Position numbers and translations under genes: made by a program
Source of the DNA: Eubacteriales bacterium
Lineage (GTDB): Bacteria > Bacillota > Clostridia > Oscillospirales > CAG-272
NCBI GenBank assembly: GCA_045613705.1
Contig: JAZLBM010000081.1
Span: 1 to 35,707 of the forward strand
DNA: 35,707 bases
Direction: 5' to 3'
Notes under the pieces: generated by a model
Told to the model about the DNA's origin: nothing
Seen by the model: the letters and a program-made list of their open reading frames with translations, nothing else
Databases searched by the model: none
Shown: piece by piece, positions 14,331 through 23,743 of the stretch
Numbering within the stretch: the stretch's first letter is position 1
Layout: every line of letters starts with the position of its first letter

Positions 14331-14765
14331 ATCACTCTACAACAAGCGTTTTTAGACTTTTACGATGCCCTCGCCTCCCGTCCTGTATCAGCGGAGGCGC
14401 AGGCGTTGTATCTTCGACTCCTGTACTACGCCAACGGAGCGAGGTACAAGCAGAGCGGCGGCGAGTGGGTGTTCAGGAGGTGGGTGGAGGTGTCAAGCAA
14501 GGATCTCGTGAGAGACATGGGTGTCTCGCGTCCCACTCTATACAAGATGAGAGACGAGCTTACATCGGCCGGGTATATACGCGTAAAGCCGGGAATAGGT
14601 TCGGGAAAGACCGAGTATATGCTACATATGCTGTTTGATGGGAAGCGGGTTAGCAACTCGCCAACGTGCGACGAAAAAACGTCGAAAAATCCAAAACAAG
14701 GGTCATTTGATCTTGACGAGTTCTATGCGGACGCTGTTCGGAAGAGCCTCGGAGAAGACCCGTAG
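14331..14765 (+). CDS. Replication initiator (DnaD-like winged-helix N-terminus), probable ATC start
   Basis: AGGAGG at 14318-14323 lies 7 nt before in-frame ATC; FYDAL...AQALYLRLLYYAN...LYKMRDELTSAGYI; C-terminal SFDLDEFY. Confidence 0.7.
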   Translation: MTLQQAFLDFYDALASRPVSAEAQALYLRLLYYANGARYKQSGGEWVFRRWVEVSSKDLVRDMGVSRPTLYKMRDELTSAGYIRVKPGIGSGKTEYMLHMLFDGKRVSNSPTCDEKTSKNPKQGSFDLDEFYADAVRKSLGEDP

Positions 14766-14771
14766 GGGGAG

Positions 14772-14838
14772 TGTCAAAAATCTTACACTCCCCTCTGTAA
14801 AAAATCTTACACTCCGTATGTAAAGATTCTTACACTCT
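14772..14838 (+). repeat. Three 20-bp iterons (probable replication origin), followed by an AT-rich tract
   Basis: TGTCAAAAATCTTACACTCC, TGTAAAAAATCTTACACTCC, TGTAAAGATTCTTACACTCT at 14772, 14796, 14819; AT-rich 14839-14870. Confidence 0.75.
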
Positions 14839-14934
14839 AAAAAATTCCCATCTATTTTTATTATATTAACAGAGTTTACAGAGAGAGAAAGCCCGAAAAA
14901 TTAAGCCTTTTTGGGGCGAAAAAAGGAGAAAAAC

Positions 14935-15105
14935 ATGGAAATTGAAAACCGTGACAAAATGAATCAAGTCGTCGGAATGCTATACGCCATTGAGACCGTA
15001 TCGGAAGAGGACGGTGTCTGCTCGGTGGCGCATGACGCAAGGGTCATGCTTGTAGATATCCTGGACAGCGACAGATCGCTGATGATCAAGGAGGATGGCA
15101 AGTGA
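14935..15105 (+). CDS. Hypothetical protein
   Basis: AAGGAG RBS, 56 aa. Confidence 0.6.
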   Translation: MEIENRDKMNQVVGMLYAIETVSEEDGVCSVAHDARVMLVDILDSDRSLMIKEDGK

Positions 15106-15503
15106 TGGCAAACGGATATATCAACATCGCCCACCTCTACAAGCGGATGCCCGTCCTCACAGACACCAACGGCGACTATCTGGTCGCCGTGTCCGACCTC
15201 CGCACCGCTATCGCTATGGCGGCGGTGGAGACGGGGAATGTGCACCCCTTGCCGTGCAATATTGGCGACAAGGTATATAACGTTCTGTACGACGACGCGA
15301 CCGACACGCACATCGTGGACGAGCTGACCGTTACTGAGGTCGGCATCGAGGGTATTTTTGTGTCAGCGTTCTCGCCCGCCTGCGGAGATTTTGGAGACTA
15401 CCTCCAATATGCCGAACTCGGAGACGAGTGGTATTTTGGCAGGGAGGATGCCTGCAAGGAGAGAGACAGGAGGGCAGACCATGAGCAAAGAAAAGCAGAT
15501 TGA
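15102..15503 (+). CDS. Hypothetical phage protein (LPCxIGDxVY motif)
   Basis: LPCNIGDKVY...WYFGREDA; AGGAGG RBS. Confidence 0.75.
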   Translation: MMANGYINIAHLYKRMPVLTDTNGDYLVAVSDLRTAIAMAAVETGNVHPLPCNIGDKVYNVLYDDATDTHIVDELTVTEVGIEGIFVSAFSPACGDFGDYLQYAELGDEWYFGREDACKERDRRADHEQRKAD

Positions 15504-15792
15504 GGAGATGGCGAATGCTATGTGTTCTCTTGGCGAATCGAATTGTCAAGAGTGTGCTACTCATTGGGAATTTGTTACCATCCCCAAATGTGATTTAGTG
15601 GCAAGGGCAGAACGGCTTTACAACGCAGGCTACCGCAAGCAGAGCGTGGGGGAGTGGAAAGAGAATGTCATAGCCTTTTGCAATGTATGTTCGGTGTGCA
15701 AGGCCAAGGTTGACAGATATGCGATTAAGTGCAACAGCGGAAAACTACATTACTGCCCCAACTGCGGGGCGAGGATGGGAGGCGGGGAGTGA
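15481..15792 (+). CDS. Zn-ribbon phage protein
   Basis: CSVC...YCPNCGARM; GGAGG RBS. Confidence 0.75.
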   Translation: MSKEKQIEEMANAMCSLGESNCQECATHWEFVTIPKCDLVARAERLYNAGYRKQSVGEWKENVIAFCNVCSVCKAKVDRYAIKCNSGKLHYCPNCGARMGGGE

Positions 15793-15793
15793 C

Positions 15794-16327
15794 ATGAAAT
15801 CCGTTTTAATCAGCATACGACCGAAATGGTGCGAACTTATTGCATCGGGCAAAAAGACGATTGAGGTGCGAAAGACCAAGCCAAAACTGGAGCCGCCTTT
15901 TAAGGTGTATATCTACTGCACAGGAGGCCCGCCGTATCTCAACAGCCACAATGGCTACTGTTATCTGGAAGAGCGGGATGTTTTGGGATACAGAGGAGCA
16001 GGCCTTTATTGCAGGATGAACAACGGGGTGATCGGTGAGTTTGTGTGCAATAAGATGTTGGAAAGCTTTCTCAACAATAACGATGGATGGTTTGTAGAAA
16101 AAGGGTGCTTGACACCAAAAGAAATTGACGAATATCAAGGAGATAAAGCCATTCTTTACGGTTGGCACATCTCCGATCTCAAAATCTACGACCATCCGAA
16201 AAAGTTGAGTGAGTTTCGGGCTCATGATGTGAGAACTTATACAGACGAGAAAGGCTACCTCATGCCTACGCACGAGATGACCAGACCGCCGCAGTCGTGG
16301 TGCTACGTCGAGGAAGGCGGTGAGTGA
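15794..16327 (+). CDS. ASCH-domain protein
   Basis: LISIRPKW...GKKTIEVRK...VYIY...PPQSWCYV. Confidence 0.85.
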   Translation: MKSVLISIRPKWCELIASGKKTIEVRKTKPKLEPPFKVYIYCTGGPPYLNSHNGYCYLEERDVLGYRGAGLYCRMNNGVIGEFVCNKMLESFLNNNDGWFVEKGCLTPKEIDEYQGDKAILYGWHISDLKIYDHPKKLSEFRAHDVRTYTDEKGYLMPTHEMTRPPQSWCYVEEGGE

Positions 16328-16502
16328 TATGACACCACTTGAAAAAGCAAGGCTCCGATCCAAGGAACCGCCAGTCTGCAAGGATTGCCACAAATCAGAG
16401 AGGGTCGGGAATCTGCTATATTGTCAGGTTTCGGGGAAAATCATCATGCCGCAATATGAGAATATTTCTATTTGCCGAGGCGAGAGATTGAAAGGAGTTT
16501 GA
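16320..16502 (+). CDS. Small Cys-containing hypothetical protein
   Basis: 60 aa, CxxC..C..C, in operon. Confidence 0.55.
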   Translation: MSDMTPLEKARLRSKEPPVCKDCHKSERVGNLLYCQVSGKIIMPQYENISICRGERLKGV

Positions 16503-16503
16503 T

Positions 16504-16773
16504 ATGTCAAAAATAGTTGATATTACCGGGAATACATACCATATGCTGGAAGTTATCGCCTTTGACCATTGCGAAAACCGACGAAGCTATTGGAAATGCA
16601 GATGTAATTGCGGAAATAATGTGATTCTTAGGAAAGATAATTTTGCATTCAAAGGTAGCAAGCAGATAAGCTGCGGGTGTTGGCACAGAAAAGAATCATC
16701 CATTCGAATGACTGAACGACATAGAAAAGCAAGGGAGATCAGAAATGACCAGAATAGAAAATCATTGCTGTGA
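16504..16773 (+). CDS. Cys-rich domain of the type found N-terminal in phage HNH/AP2 proteins, without a nuclease domain
   Basis: DITGNTY..LEVI...WKCRCNCG...SCGC; lower GC. Confidence 0.65.
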   Translation: MSKIVDITGNTYHMLEVIAFDHCENRRSYWKCRCNCGNNVILRKDNFAFKGSKQISCGCWHRKESSIRMTERHRKAREIRNDQNRKSLL

Positions 16774-16987
16774 CTGCGCTGCACCCGGTTATCCCTGCCG
16801 CGGATCTTATTGCCCCGACCGCCATGTGACTGTCATGTACTGCGATAATACAAGATGCCTTGCCCACAGCACGGGAGCCGATAGGCTCTTCCTTGTCAGC
16901 GGTGTGGAGCTGTGCGTGGACTGCGTGGCATCAATTGCCGAGCGGAACGGGATTGAGATCGAGGATCTGATTGAGGGGGAGGTGTGA
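16745..16987 (+). CDS. Cys-rich Zn-binding hypothetical protein
   Basis: ENHCCDC...C...C...LCVDC. Confidence 0.65.
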   Translation: MTRIENHCCDCAAPGYPCRGSYCPDRHVTVMYCDNTRCLAHSTGADRLFLVSGVELCVDCVASIAERNGIEIEDLIEGEV

Positions 16988-16988
16988 C

Positions 16989-17759
16989 ATGAGCGAACAT
17001 ATCCTGTCCCTATCCTACGGCAAGGACTCCCTCGCATGTCTCGGAGCCATCGAGGCATTGGGCTGGCCGCTTGATCGCATCGTCCACGCCGAGGTCTGGG
17101 CGACCGATACCATTCCGGCAGACCTTCCGCCCATGGTGGAATTCAAGGCAAAGGCGGACAGGATCATAAAGGAGAGGTGGGGGATCGAGGTTGAGCATAA
17201 CCGGGCAAAGGTCTCGTTTGAAAATCAGTTTTACAAAACGCGTCGAAACAAGGATACGTCCGAAATGCATATATACGGTTTCCCTATCGTTAAGGGGGCT
17301 TGGTGCAATTCCAAACTCAAGATGGCGGCAATTCCAAAACCGAAAATCGGTGATGTTTATTACATTGGCATCGCCGCCGACGAGCCAAACCGCTTCCACA
17401 ATCTCACCGAAACCAAACGATCCCCGCTTGTAGAGGCAGGCTGGACGGAGGCCTACTGCAGATTGTGGTGCGAGATGCGAGACCTGCTCTCCCCGATCTA
17501 CACCACGGCGGCGCGGGGCGGTTGCTGGTTCTGCCATAATCAAGGTGTAGATCAGCTTCGTCTGCTCCGCCGCGACTACCCCGAATACTGGGCGTTGCTC
17601 CTTAAGTGGGACAAGGACAGTCCCGTGACTTTCAAACCCGACGGGCATACCGTACACGATTTCGACCGTCGCTTCGCCCTTGAGGACGAGGGCATTGTGA
17701 ATCCCATACACCCCTTCCGGTGGACAATGCTGGACGGGGATGTGCAACTGAGATTTTAG
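16989..17759 (+). CDS. PAPS-reductase-like (PP-loop) protein
   Basis: SLSYGKDS PP-loop, WCNSKLK, IGIAADE, RGGCWFC; GGAGGTG RBS. Confidence 0.85.
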   Translation: MSEHILSLSYGKDSLACLGAIEALGWPLDRIVHAEVWATDTIPADLPPMVEFKAKADRIIKERWGIEVEHNRAKVSFENQFYKTRRNKDTSEMHIYGFPIVKGAWCNSKLKMAAIPKPKIGDVYYIGIAADEPNRFHNLTETKRSPLVEAGWTEAYCRLWCEMRDLLSPIYTTAARGGCWFCHNQGVDQLRLLRRDYPEYWALLLKWDKDSPVTFKPDGHTVHDFDRRFALEDEGIVNPIHPFRWTMLDGDVQLRF

Positions 17760-17768
17760 GAGGACACC

Positions 17769-18176
17769 ATGAAACGTAACATTGCTCAAGCCAGTCCCTG
17801 CGCCTACATCGGCGCGACCGAGGACGAGGCGACCATCGCCGTCGTGGAGTATTGCACCCTGCGCGGTGTTCCCGTTGCGCACGTGCCAAACGAGGGTAAG
17901 CGATCTCCCCAGCAGGGGGCAAAACTCAAGCGAATGGGACTTAGTCCGGGCTTCCCCGATTTGATCATCCCTCTTCCTCGCGGCAACTACCACGGACTCT
18001 ACATCGAGATGAAGGTCGGCAACAACAAAACCACCTCCAAGCAAAAGGAGTGGCTGACCAACCTCGCCAAGAACGGATACGCCGCTACCGCCTGTTGGGG
18101 CGTGGATGAGGCGATCAACACCATCAACACATACATCCGCGGCGGGGTGATCCCACTCAAACTGACAAAGGCGTGA
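17769..18176 (+). CDS. VRR-NUC domain nuclease
   Basis: HVPNEG...MGLSPGFPDL...LYIEMK...QKEW. Confidence 0.9.
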   Translation: MKRNIAQASPCAYIGATEDEATIAVVEYCTLRGVPVAHVPNEGKRSPQQGAKLKRMGLSPGFPDLIIPLPRGNYHGLYIEMKVGNNKTTSKQKEWLTNLAKNGYAATACWGVDEAINTINTYIRGGVIPLKLTKA

Positions 18177-18301
18177 CAGACCGCCTACAAGCCCCACAAA
18201 CGGCGCAGAGGACTATACCCTACCAAACTTGGAGGGGGCAAGCACCAAAACGCCACACGCGCCGTTTACGGGGCAAATAAACGCACAGAAAGGAGAATGT
18301 T

Positions 18302-18646
18302 ATGGACAGAGCGCAACAGCGCAGAGAAGCTACGGAGGCTTTCCGTAGATACGCCGCCCACGGAGAGCGGGCAGACCGAGACGAGATGCTATCCCCCGAG
18401 GCATGGCAGAGTGATACAGACGTGTCCAAGACCCTCTCCGTTCTGACCGCCGAGGGCAAGGAGTACGTGGTGGATGCGGTGCGCGAGGTCTATTTTGTAG
18501 AGCCTTGCCGACCGCTCCAAAAAAACGATATCGAGATGCGGATCACTCGCTACTGCGTTACCAAGCACGTCTCACGGTCTGCCGTATACGAGTGGTTGGC
18601 CATCGCTCGGAAAATCTTCTGGGCGATAGCGCATCATAAGGGATAA
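18302..18646 (+). CDS. Putative late-transcription regulator (RinA/ArpU-like position, C-terminal HTH)
   Basis: Last early gene before terS; HVSRSAVYEWLAIARKIF. Confidence 0.6.
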   Translation: MDRAQQRREATEAFRRYAAHGERADRDEMLSPEAWQSDTDVSKTLSVLTAEGKEYVVDAVREVYFVEPCRPLQKNDIEMRITRYCVTKHVSRSAVYEWLAIARKIFWAIAHHKG

Positions 18647-18652
18647 TCATAC

Positions 18653-18680
18653 GCCCCGCTTCGGCGGGGCTTTTTCTTTT
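18653..18680 (+). terminator. Rho-independent terminator ending the early operon
   Basis: GCCCCGC-TTCG-GCGGGGC followed by TTTTTCTTT. Confidence 0.85.
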
Positions 18681-18780
18681 AATCCGCCAAAAGGCGGACT
18701 CACAGACTCGTTTTATTGGGTAAAATGGTAGCATGTAAAGCCATAGGAGGGGCTGGCGAAAATCTGAAGGAGGTGAGCGC

Positions 18781-19155
18781 GTGGCTAATCCTCAAAACCT
18801 CGTTCCGCCTTTTCAAAGCCCGAGCGAAGCCCGAGAGAAAGGTCGCAAAGGTGGCATAAAGTCGGGCGAATCAAAGCGGCGCAAGAAGTCCATGCAGGAA
18901 CTCGCGCAGGCCATGCTTTCGTGCCGCGTGACGGATGACGCGCTTAAAGATAAATTCGCATCGCTGGGCTTTGACACCAAGAAAATGACCATGGCGGAGG
19001 CAATGATCGCGGGGCAAGTTATGGAGGCAATGAAGAACCCCAACTCCTTCAAGCTCCTGCTTGAACTGGTTGAACCGCGCGACGAAATCAAACCCGACAC
19101 CGTCGAGGATCTTTCCCCCCTTGCGGATCTGTTGAGAGGTGACGACGATGCCTAA
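18781..19155 (+). CDS. terS: Terminase small subunit
   Basis: MANPQNLVP...EAREKGRKGGIKSGESKRRKK; directly upstream of terL; AGGAGGTG RBS, GTG start. Confidence 0.75.
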   Translation: MANPQNLVPPFQSPSEAREKGRKGGIKSGESKRRKKSMQELAQAMLSCRVTDDALKDKFASLGFDTKKMTMAEAMIAGQVMEAMKNPNSFKLLLELVEPRDEIKPDTVEDLSPLADLLRGDDDA

Positions 19156-20482
19156 ATGCACGATCCCGTGGTCTCCCTTCTCCTCCAAACACCGCGCCTA
19201 CATCAAGAACGCCCTCAAGGTCAAGATGTCCGTAGCCGAGGGGGCGGTGCGAAGCGGTAAGACCATTGACCACTGCATCATAGCGGCGGCGTACCTTGAA
19301 ACCTGCCCCGACAAGATCCACCTCGCCAGCGGATCGACACTCCCCAACGCCAAGCTCAACATAGGCGACTGTAACGGCTTCGGGTTGGAGCATCTGTTCC
19401 GTGGTCGGTGTAAGTGGGGAAAATATAAAGACAACGAATGCCTCCGACTGTACACGCAGACGGGGGAAAAGGTGGTCGTATTTGCGGGCGGCGGCAAAGC
19501 AGACTCTTACAAGAAGATACTCGGTAACTCCTACGGCCTGTGGATCGCCACCGAGATAAACGAGCATTTCGACAGCGACGACGCCCGCGTGAGCTTCATA
19601 AAGGTCGCCGCTGACCGACAGATCGCCGCGCAAAAGCCCATGCGCCTGTGGGACTTGAACCCCTCCAATCCCAACGCCAGCATCTACACGGAGTACATTG
19701 ACCGCTATCAAGATCCCGCTATAGCCGAGGCCATGGGCGGGTATCAGTATCAGCATTTTACCATTGCAGACAATCTTTCGGTGAGCGATGAACGCCGAAA
19801 GCAGATAGAGGCGGAGTACACCGTCGGCACCATACGCTACCGTCGGAACATCCTCGGTGAGCGGTGCATAGCCGAGGGACTTGTATACCCCCGATTCTGC
19901 GATAGCGAGGACGACTACTACATCACCGCCGAGGAAGTACCCGAGGACATTCGCCCGATATGCGTGGGGCAGGACTTCGGCGGCAATAAATCCAAACACG
20001 CCTTCTGCGCTTCCGCATTGAGCCGAGACGGTCGCACCTTATACGTGCTTAAATCGGCCGAGGATCGCGCCACAGGCACGAACGTGGATTACATCTGTAA
20101 TTCCCTTGAGTCCTTTATAAACGCCGTACAGGGTATTTATAACCGCCCTGTGACGAGGGTATACGCCGACAGCGCAGAGCAGGCTATCATCAATACCGAG
20201 CGGGGACGGTTTCCCGGTATGATCCAAAACTCCATCAAAAACGAGGTCATTGACCGCATCCGTGCCGTTGACCTTCTTCTCTCCACAAAGCGGATCAAAA
20301 TCGTAAAGAGTGAGAACGAGTCCCTGATCAGTGCCCTCCGCTCGGCTACCTATGACCCCAAATCAGCAAAGGATTCACGCCTTGATATACCGGGCGTGAC
20401 CAACATCTGCCCCCTTGATGCTTTTGAGTATTCGTGGGAGGCCTACATCCGCGATCTAACGCGAGATACATTCAGGAGGTGA
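19148..20482 (+). CDS. terL: Terminase large subunit (PBSX-like)
   Basis: Walker A GAVRSGKT, DLNP, FTIADN, nuclease GQDFG / YADSA / LDAFEY. Confidence 0.92.
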   Translation: MPKCTIPWSPFSSKHRAYIKNALKVKMSVAEGAVRSGKTIDHCIIAAAYLETCPDKIHLASGSTLPNAKLNIGDCNGFGLEHLFRGRCKWGKYKDNECLRLYTQTGEKVVVFAGGGKADSYKKILGNSYGLWIATEINEHFDSDDARVSFIKVAADRQIAAQKPMRLWDLNPSNPNASIYTEYIDRYQDPAIAEAMGGYQYQHFTIADNLSVSDERRKQIEAEYTVGTIRYRRNILGERCIAEGLVYPRFCDSEDDYYITAEEVPEDIRPICVGQDFGGNKSKHAFCASALSRDGRTLYVLKSAEDRATGTNVDYICNSLESFINAVQGIYNRPVTRVYADSAEQAIINTERGRFPGMIQNSIKNEVIDRIRAVDLLLSTKRIKIVKSENESLISALRSATYDPKSAKDSRLDIPGVTNICPLDAFEYSWEAYIRDLTRDTFRR

Positions 20483-20487
20483 CCGCC

Positions 20488-21912
20488 ATGCAGACGGTTG
20501 ATATTCAGGCGGGTGCCGCCATTGTCTGGGGGCGCCAATTCTTGAAGAGCGCCATGCGCCTGTTCTCCCTTCGTGGCAAGGCGCGGGAGTCTTACCTTGA
20601 CCAGCGCGTAGAGGAGAGGTGGGACGCAGACTATAAAAACAAGCTCCGCATCAACTTTGTGGAGATTTTCGCAAACAGGCTCTCCACTTACGCCACGAAC
20701 GGTAGCACGGTGTCCTGCGACGACGAAACGCTGGATGAGCTTCTGTATTCCGTGTGGGGCAGGTCGTCCAAGTGGCTTCCCCTTGCGCTCGGTGTCGGTC
20801 GCATCTACCTCGTTCCGTACATCCTCGGTGATCGGGTCTATACCGACTACGTGAGCCAGTCCAACGTCATCGCAACCGACTTTGAGGGAGATGATCTCGT
20901 CGGATTTGTTTGTGTTTCGGACATCAAGACCGTGGGCGACAAGAAGTATGCTCGTCTGACCCACCACCAGTACGACGCCGACGCAAAGACCTATACCGTG
21001 GTCAACAAGGCGGTGCTTCATCGTAATGGCAACTTCGGAGGTGACGTGCCTTTACAGGTCGTACCCGAGTGGGCAGACCTTCTCCCCGAGATCACCTTCA
21101 CAGGCGTTGAGGATCGCCCCTTCGGCTTTGTCGATTCACCAAAGGACAACCGCAACGCGGACAAGCTGCAGGGCGCGTCCATCTGCGACGGGTGCCAGGA
21201 CACAATCAAGGAGATATACGACACCATTGAGGAGTACCGAGTGGAGTTTGCCCACAAGCGCTCGGTGCTGGGCGTTGACCGCACTATGATCGACCCCGAG
21301 GCCATGCGCCGTAACGGAGGCCGCGTGGCTATCGCGCAGGAGCATATTCTGACCGAGAATACAGGAAAGCTTGGAACGGGTGGCTCGGATCTGTTCTCTG
21401 TTTATTCGCCCGACATCCGAGATGCGGCATACCGGGATCGACTCCTCCACCTCTTCGGTCGGTTGGAGAAGCAGGTTGGCACCTCCAACGGCATCCTGAC
21501 ACCCGCCGACACCAGCATGGCGACGGCTACGCAGGTAAAACGCTCCATGTACGACACGTGGGCGATGGTTGGCCGTATGCGCGATTCCATCGAGTCTGCT
21601 ATGCACCACCTTGCCTACGGTATGGCGGTCATGCTATCGGTGATCGGCGTTTCCGTCCCTGACGACTACTCGCTAACCTTTGATTGGTCGCAGGATCTTC
21701 TGAAGGACAGCGCCGAGGAGTTCTCGCAGATCAGCCAAGGCCACTCTGCAAAGGTGCTGAGCGACGTGGAGTACCGCCGATTCTTTTATGCAAACGAGTC
21801 CCCGGAGGAGGCGCAGGCCGCCTTGGAGGAAATCCGCAACAGCCAGCCCGATCCATTTGAGGAGGCATTTCCGGTTGAGACGTTCCCCGAGGAGGGAGGC
21901 GGCGTTGAGTGA
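20488..21912 (+). CDS. Portal protein (A118/SPP1-like)
   Basis: Follows terL; 474 aa; GASI, YSPDIR, ATATQV, FDWS motifs. Confidence 0.85.
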   Translation: MQTVDIQAGAAIVWGRQFLKSAMRLFSLRGKARESYLDQRVEERWDADYKNKLRINFVEIFANRLSTYATNGSTVSCDDETLDELLYSVWGRSSKWLPLALGVGRIYLVPYILGDRVYTDYVSQSNVIATDFEGDDLVGFVCVSDIKTVGDKKYARLTHHQYDADAKTYTVVNKAVLHRNGNFGGDVPLQVVPEWADLLPEITFTGVEDRPFGFVDSPKDNRNADKLQGASICDGCQDTIKEIYDTIEEYRVEFAHKRSVLGVDRTMIDPEAMRRNGGRVAIAQEHILTENTGKLGTGGSDLFSVYSPDIRDAAYRDRLLHLFGRLEKQVGTSNGILTPADTSMATATQVKRSMYDTWAMVGRMRDSIESAMHHLAYGMAVMLSVIGVSVPDDYSLTFDWSQDLLKDSAEEFSQISQGHSAKVLSDVEYRRFFYANESPEEAQAALEEIRNSQPDPFEEAFPVETFPEEGGGVE

Positions 21913-23126
21913 GTAAATACACCTACGCCAAAAAGAACCTCCCCGATTGGGACGAGCACGCCTCGCAGGAGCTGAAGACCCGAATCAAGGCGTTTTGCCT
22001 TAAAAAGGTCTTGCTCAAAGCATCAAGAGAAAAGGTCTTTGAGTGGATCACCGCCGAGATCGCGGAATTTGTAGGCGAATTTGACGGAAACGACATTGAG
22101 CGGGCAATAGGAGAGAGATACCGCGCCGAACTGACCGAGTATGCTTCAGAGGCTTACGACAAGGCCGTGAAGATGGTCGGTAGCTTTACGCCGTATATGT
22201 TCGCGCAGGCTCTTGTCAAGCCTACCGTGCTGACCAAAGCCCAAAAGGACAACCTTGGACGCACCGCTGGTATGGAGATCCGCTATAATCAGCCGTCCGT
22301 TGAAAAGCTCTTGCAGACCACGCCGCGATTTACCGAGGAGGGAGCGCGGAGGGCTACGGCTGGCAACACCTACTACAAGGAGATACACGCCGCTGTAAAA
22401 AGCGGTATGACCGACTACACAGAGTTCAAGGCCGCCGCCGCGCGTCCGTATCTGCTCAATGTCAATCAGCGGAACATCGTGGAGATGGGCATCCGATTTG
22501 CAAAATATCAAGAGCAAAAACGGCGGCTAATTGAGAAGGGCGTGAGAGTCGTTTACGTGCCTCCCCACGCCAACTGTTCCGCTCGCTGTCAGCCCTACCA
22601 AGGCAAGTGCTACAGCCTCACAGGAGAGCCTGAAAAGTACGACAGAGGCGTTGCCCGACCAATCGAGGAAGCCGCTGATAATGTCACGGTACGGGGCAAA
22701 AAAGACCCTTCCCGCGTATACGCGGCTGGTCTGTTCGCTTACAATTGCCGCCATACCATGGTCGCCTACGAGGCGGGGCAAAACCTCGAGGTCATACCCA
22801 AGGACGTGATCGAGCGTCAGCGCAAGATTGAGGTCAAGCAGAGGGAGCTGGAGCGCGAGATCCGAGCTCTTGCGGAAAAGGATCTATTGTACCGAACGGT
22901 CATGGAAACCTCCGGCAACAAAAACATGAAGCCCGAATGCACAGAGATCCGCAGACTATGGCTTGCGAAAAGAGCCGAGTACCGCGCATTCTGCGCGAAA
23001 AATAAAGTCCCCCGCTACGACGACCGCTTGAAGGTCATCGAGGGCGAGGACATCTACAAAAGGACATCCGGGAGAAGAGACTCCCGTGTTGCCAATATAA
23101 GCATCCCCTCGGCCGCAAAGCCGTAA
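21909..23126 (+). CDS. Minor capsid / head morphogenesis protein
   Basis: HANCSARC...YQGK, YNCRH, QRELEREIR motifs; follows the portal. Confidence 0.8.
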   Translation: MSKYTYAKKNLPDWDEHASQELKTRIKAFCLKKVLLKASREKVFEWITAEIAEFVGEFDGNDIERAIGERYRAELTEYASEAYDKAVKMVGSFTPYMFAQALVKPTVLTKAQKDNLGRTAGMEIRYNQPSVEKLLQTTPRFTEEGARRATAGNTYYKEIHAAVKSGMTDYTEFKAAAARPYLLNVNQRNIVEMGIRFAKYQEQKRRLIEKGVRVVYVPPHANCSARCQPYQGKCYSLTGEPEKYDRGVARPIEEAADNVTVRGKKDPSRVYAAGLFAYNCRHTMVAYEAGQNLEVIPKDVIERQRKIEVKQRELEREIRALAEKDLLYRTVMETSGNKNMKPECTEIRRLWLAKRAEYRAFCAKNKVPRYDDRLKVIEGEDIYKRTSGRRDSRVANISIPSAAKP

Positions 23127-23178
23127 AACTAAACTTCATCGTGAGCAACCACGTAAAAAGAGTGAAGGAGGAATCCCC

Positions 23179-23718
23179 ATGGAAAGAGCAAAACTCGAAG
23201 GTTACGGCCTCACAAAGGAACAGATCGACGAGATCATGGCAGACCACGGCAAAGCCGTGAACGCCGCCAAGGAGGGAGTCGATACCCTGCGACAGACCGT
23301 GGCAGACCAAACCGCTCAGATCCAGCGGTACGCAGATTACGACGACATCGTAAGAGAGCGGGACGAGCTCCGCACAAACTCGTCCGCTGATCAGGAGGAG
23401 CTTGTGCAGCTCCGAGAGTTCAAGCGATCTCGGGTGTATGGCGACCGCATGGCCACCGCCGTTGGTGGCAAGCAATTCGTTAACGATGTGACGAAGGATC
23501 ACGTTTTCAACGCCTTCGTTGCCGAGGCGGAGAAGCCCGAAAATAACGGCAAAACCGACTCAGAAATCCTCCAAACCGTTGTCGGCGGTCATGAAGAGGA
23601 GTATTTCAAGGCCAAGTTTGGCGTCCGCATGACCCCCATCCAGACGGGCAAGACCCTCGACGACGTGAGATCTGTGCAGGATGCCAAGTACAAGGACAAC
23701 CCTTGGTATAAACCCTAA
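23179..23718 (+). CDS. Capsid scaffolding protein
   Basis: MERAKLEGYGLTKEQIDEIMADHGK, coiled coil, precedes the major capsid gene. Confidence 0.8.
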   Translation: MERAKLEGYGLTKEQIDEIMADHGKAVNAAKEGVDTLRQTVADQTAQIQRYADYDDIVRERDELRTNSSADQEELVQLREFKRSRVYGDRMATAVGGKQFVNDVTKDHVFNAFVAEAEKPENNGKTDSEILQTVVGGHEEEYFKAKFGVRMTPIQTGKTLDDVRSVQDAKYKDNPWYKP

Positions 23719-23743
23719 AAACAAAAACGAAAGGAATTAAATT

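Noticed and set aside
14772-14838. Repeat array as a possible mini-CRISPR (also 3751-3800 and 10382-10541)
   Set aside because: No unique spacers of CRISPR length and no cas genes.
16504-16773. Active homing endonuclease
   Set aside because: Only the Cys-rich N-terminal-type domain is present; no HNH or AP2 domain follows.
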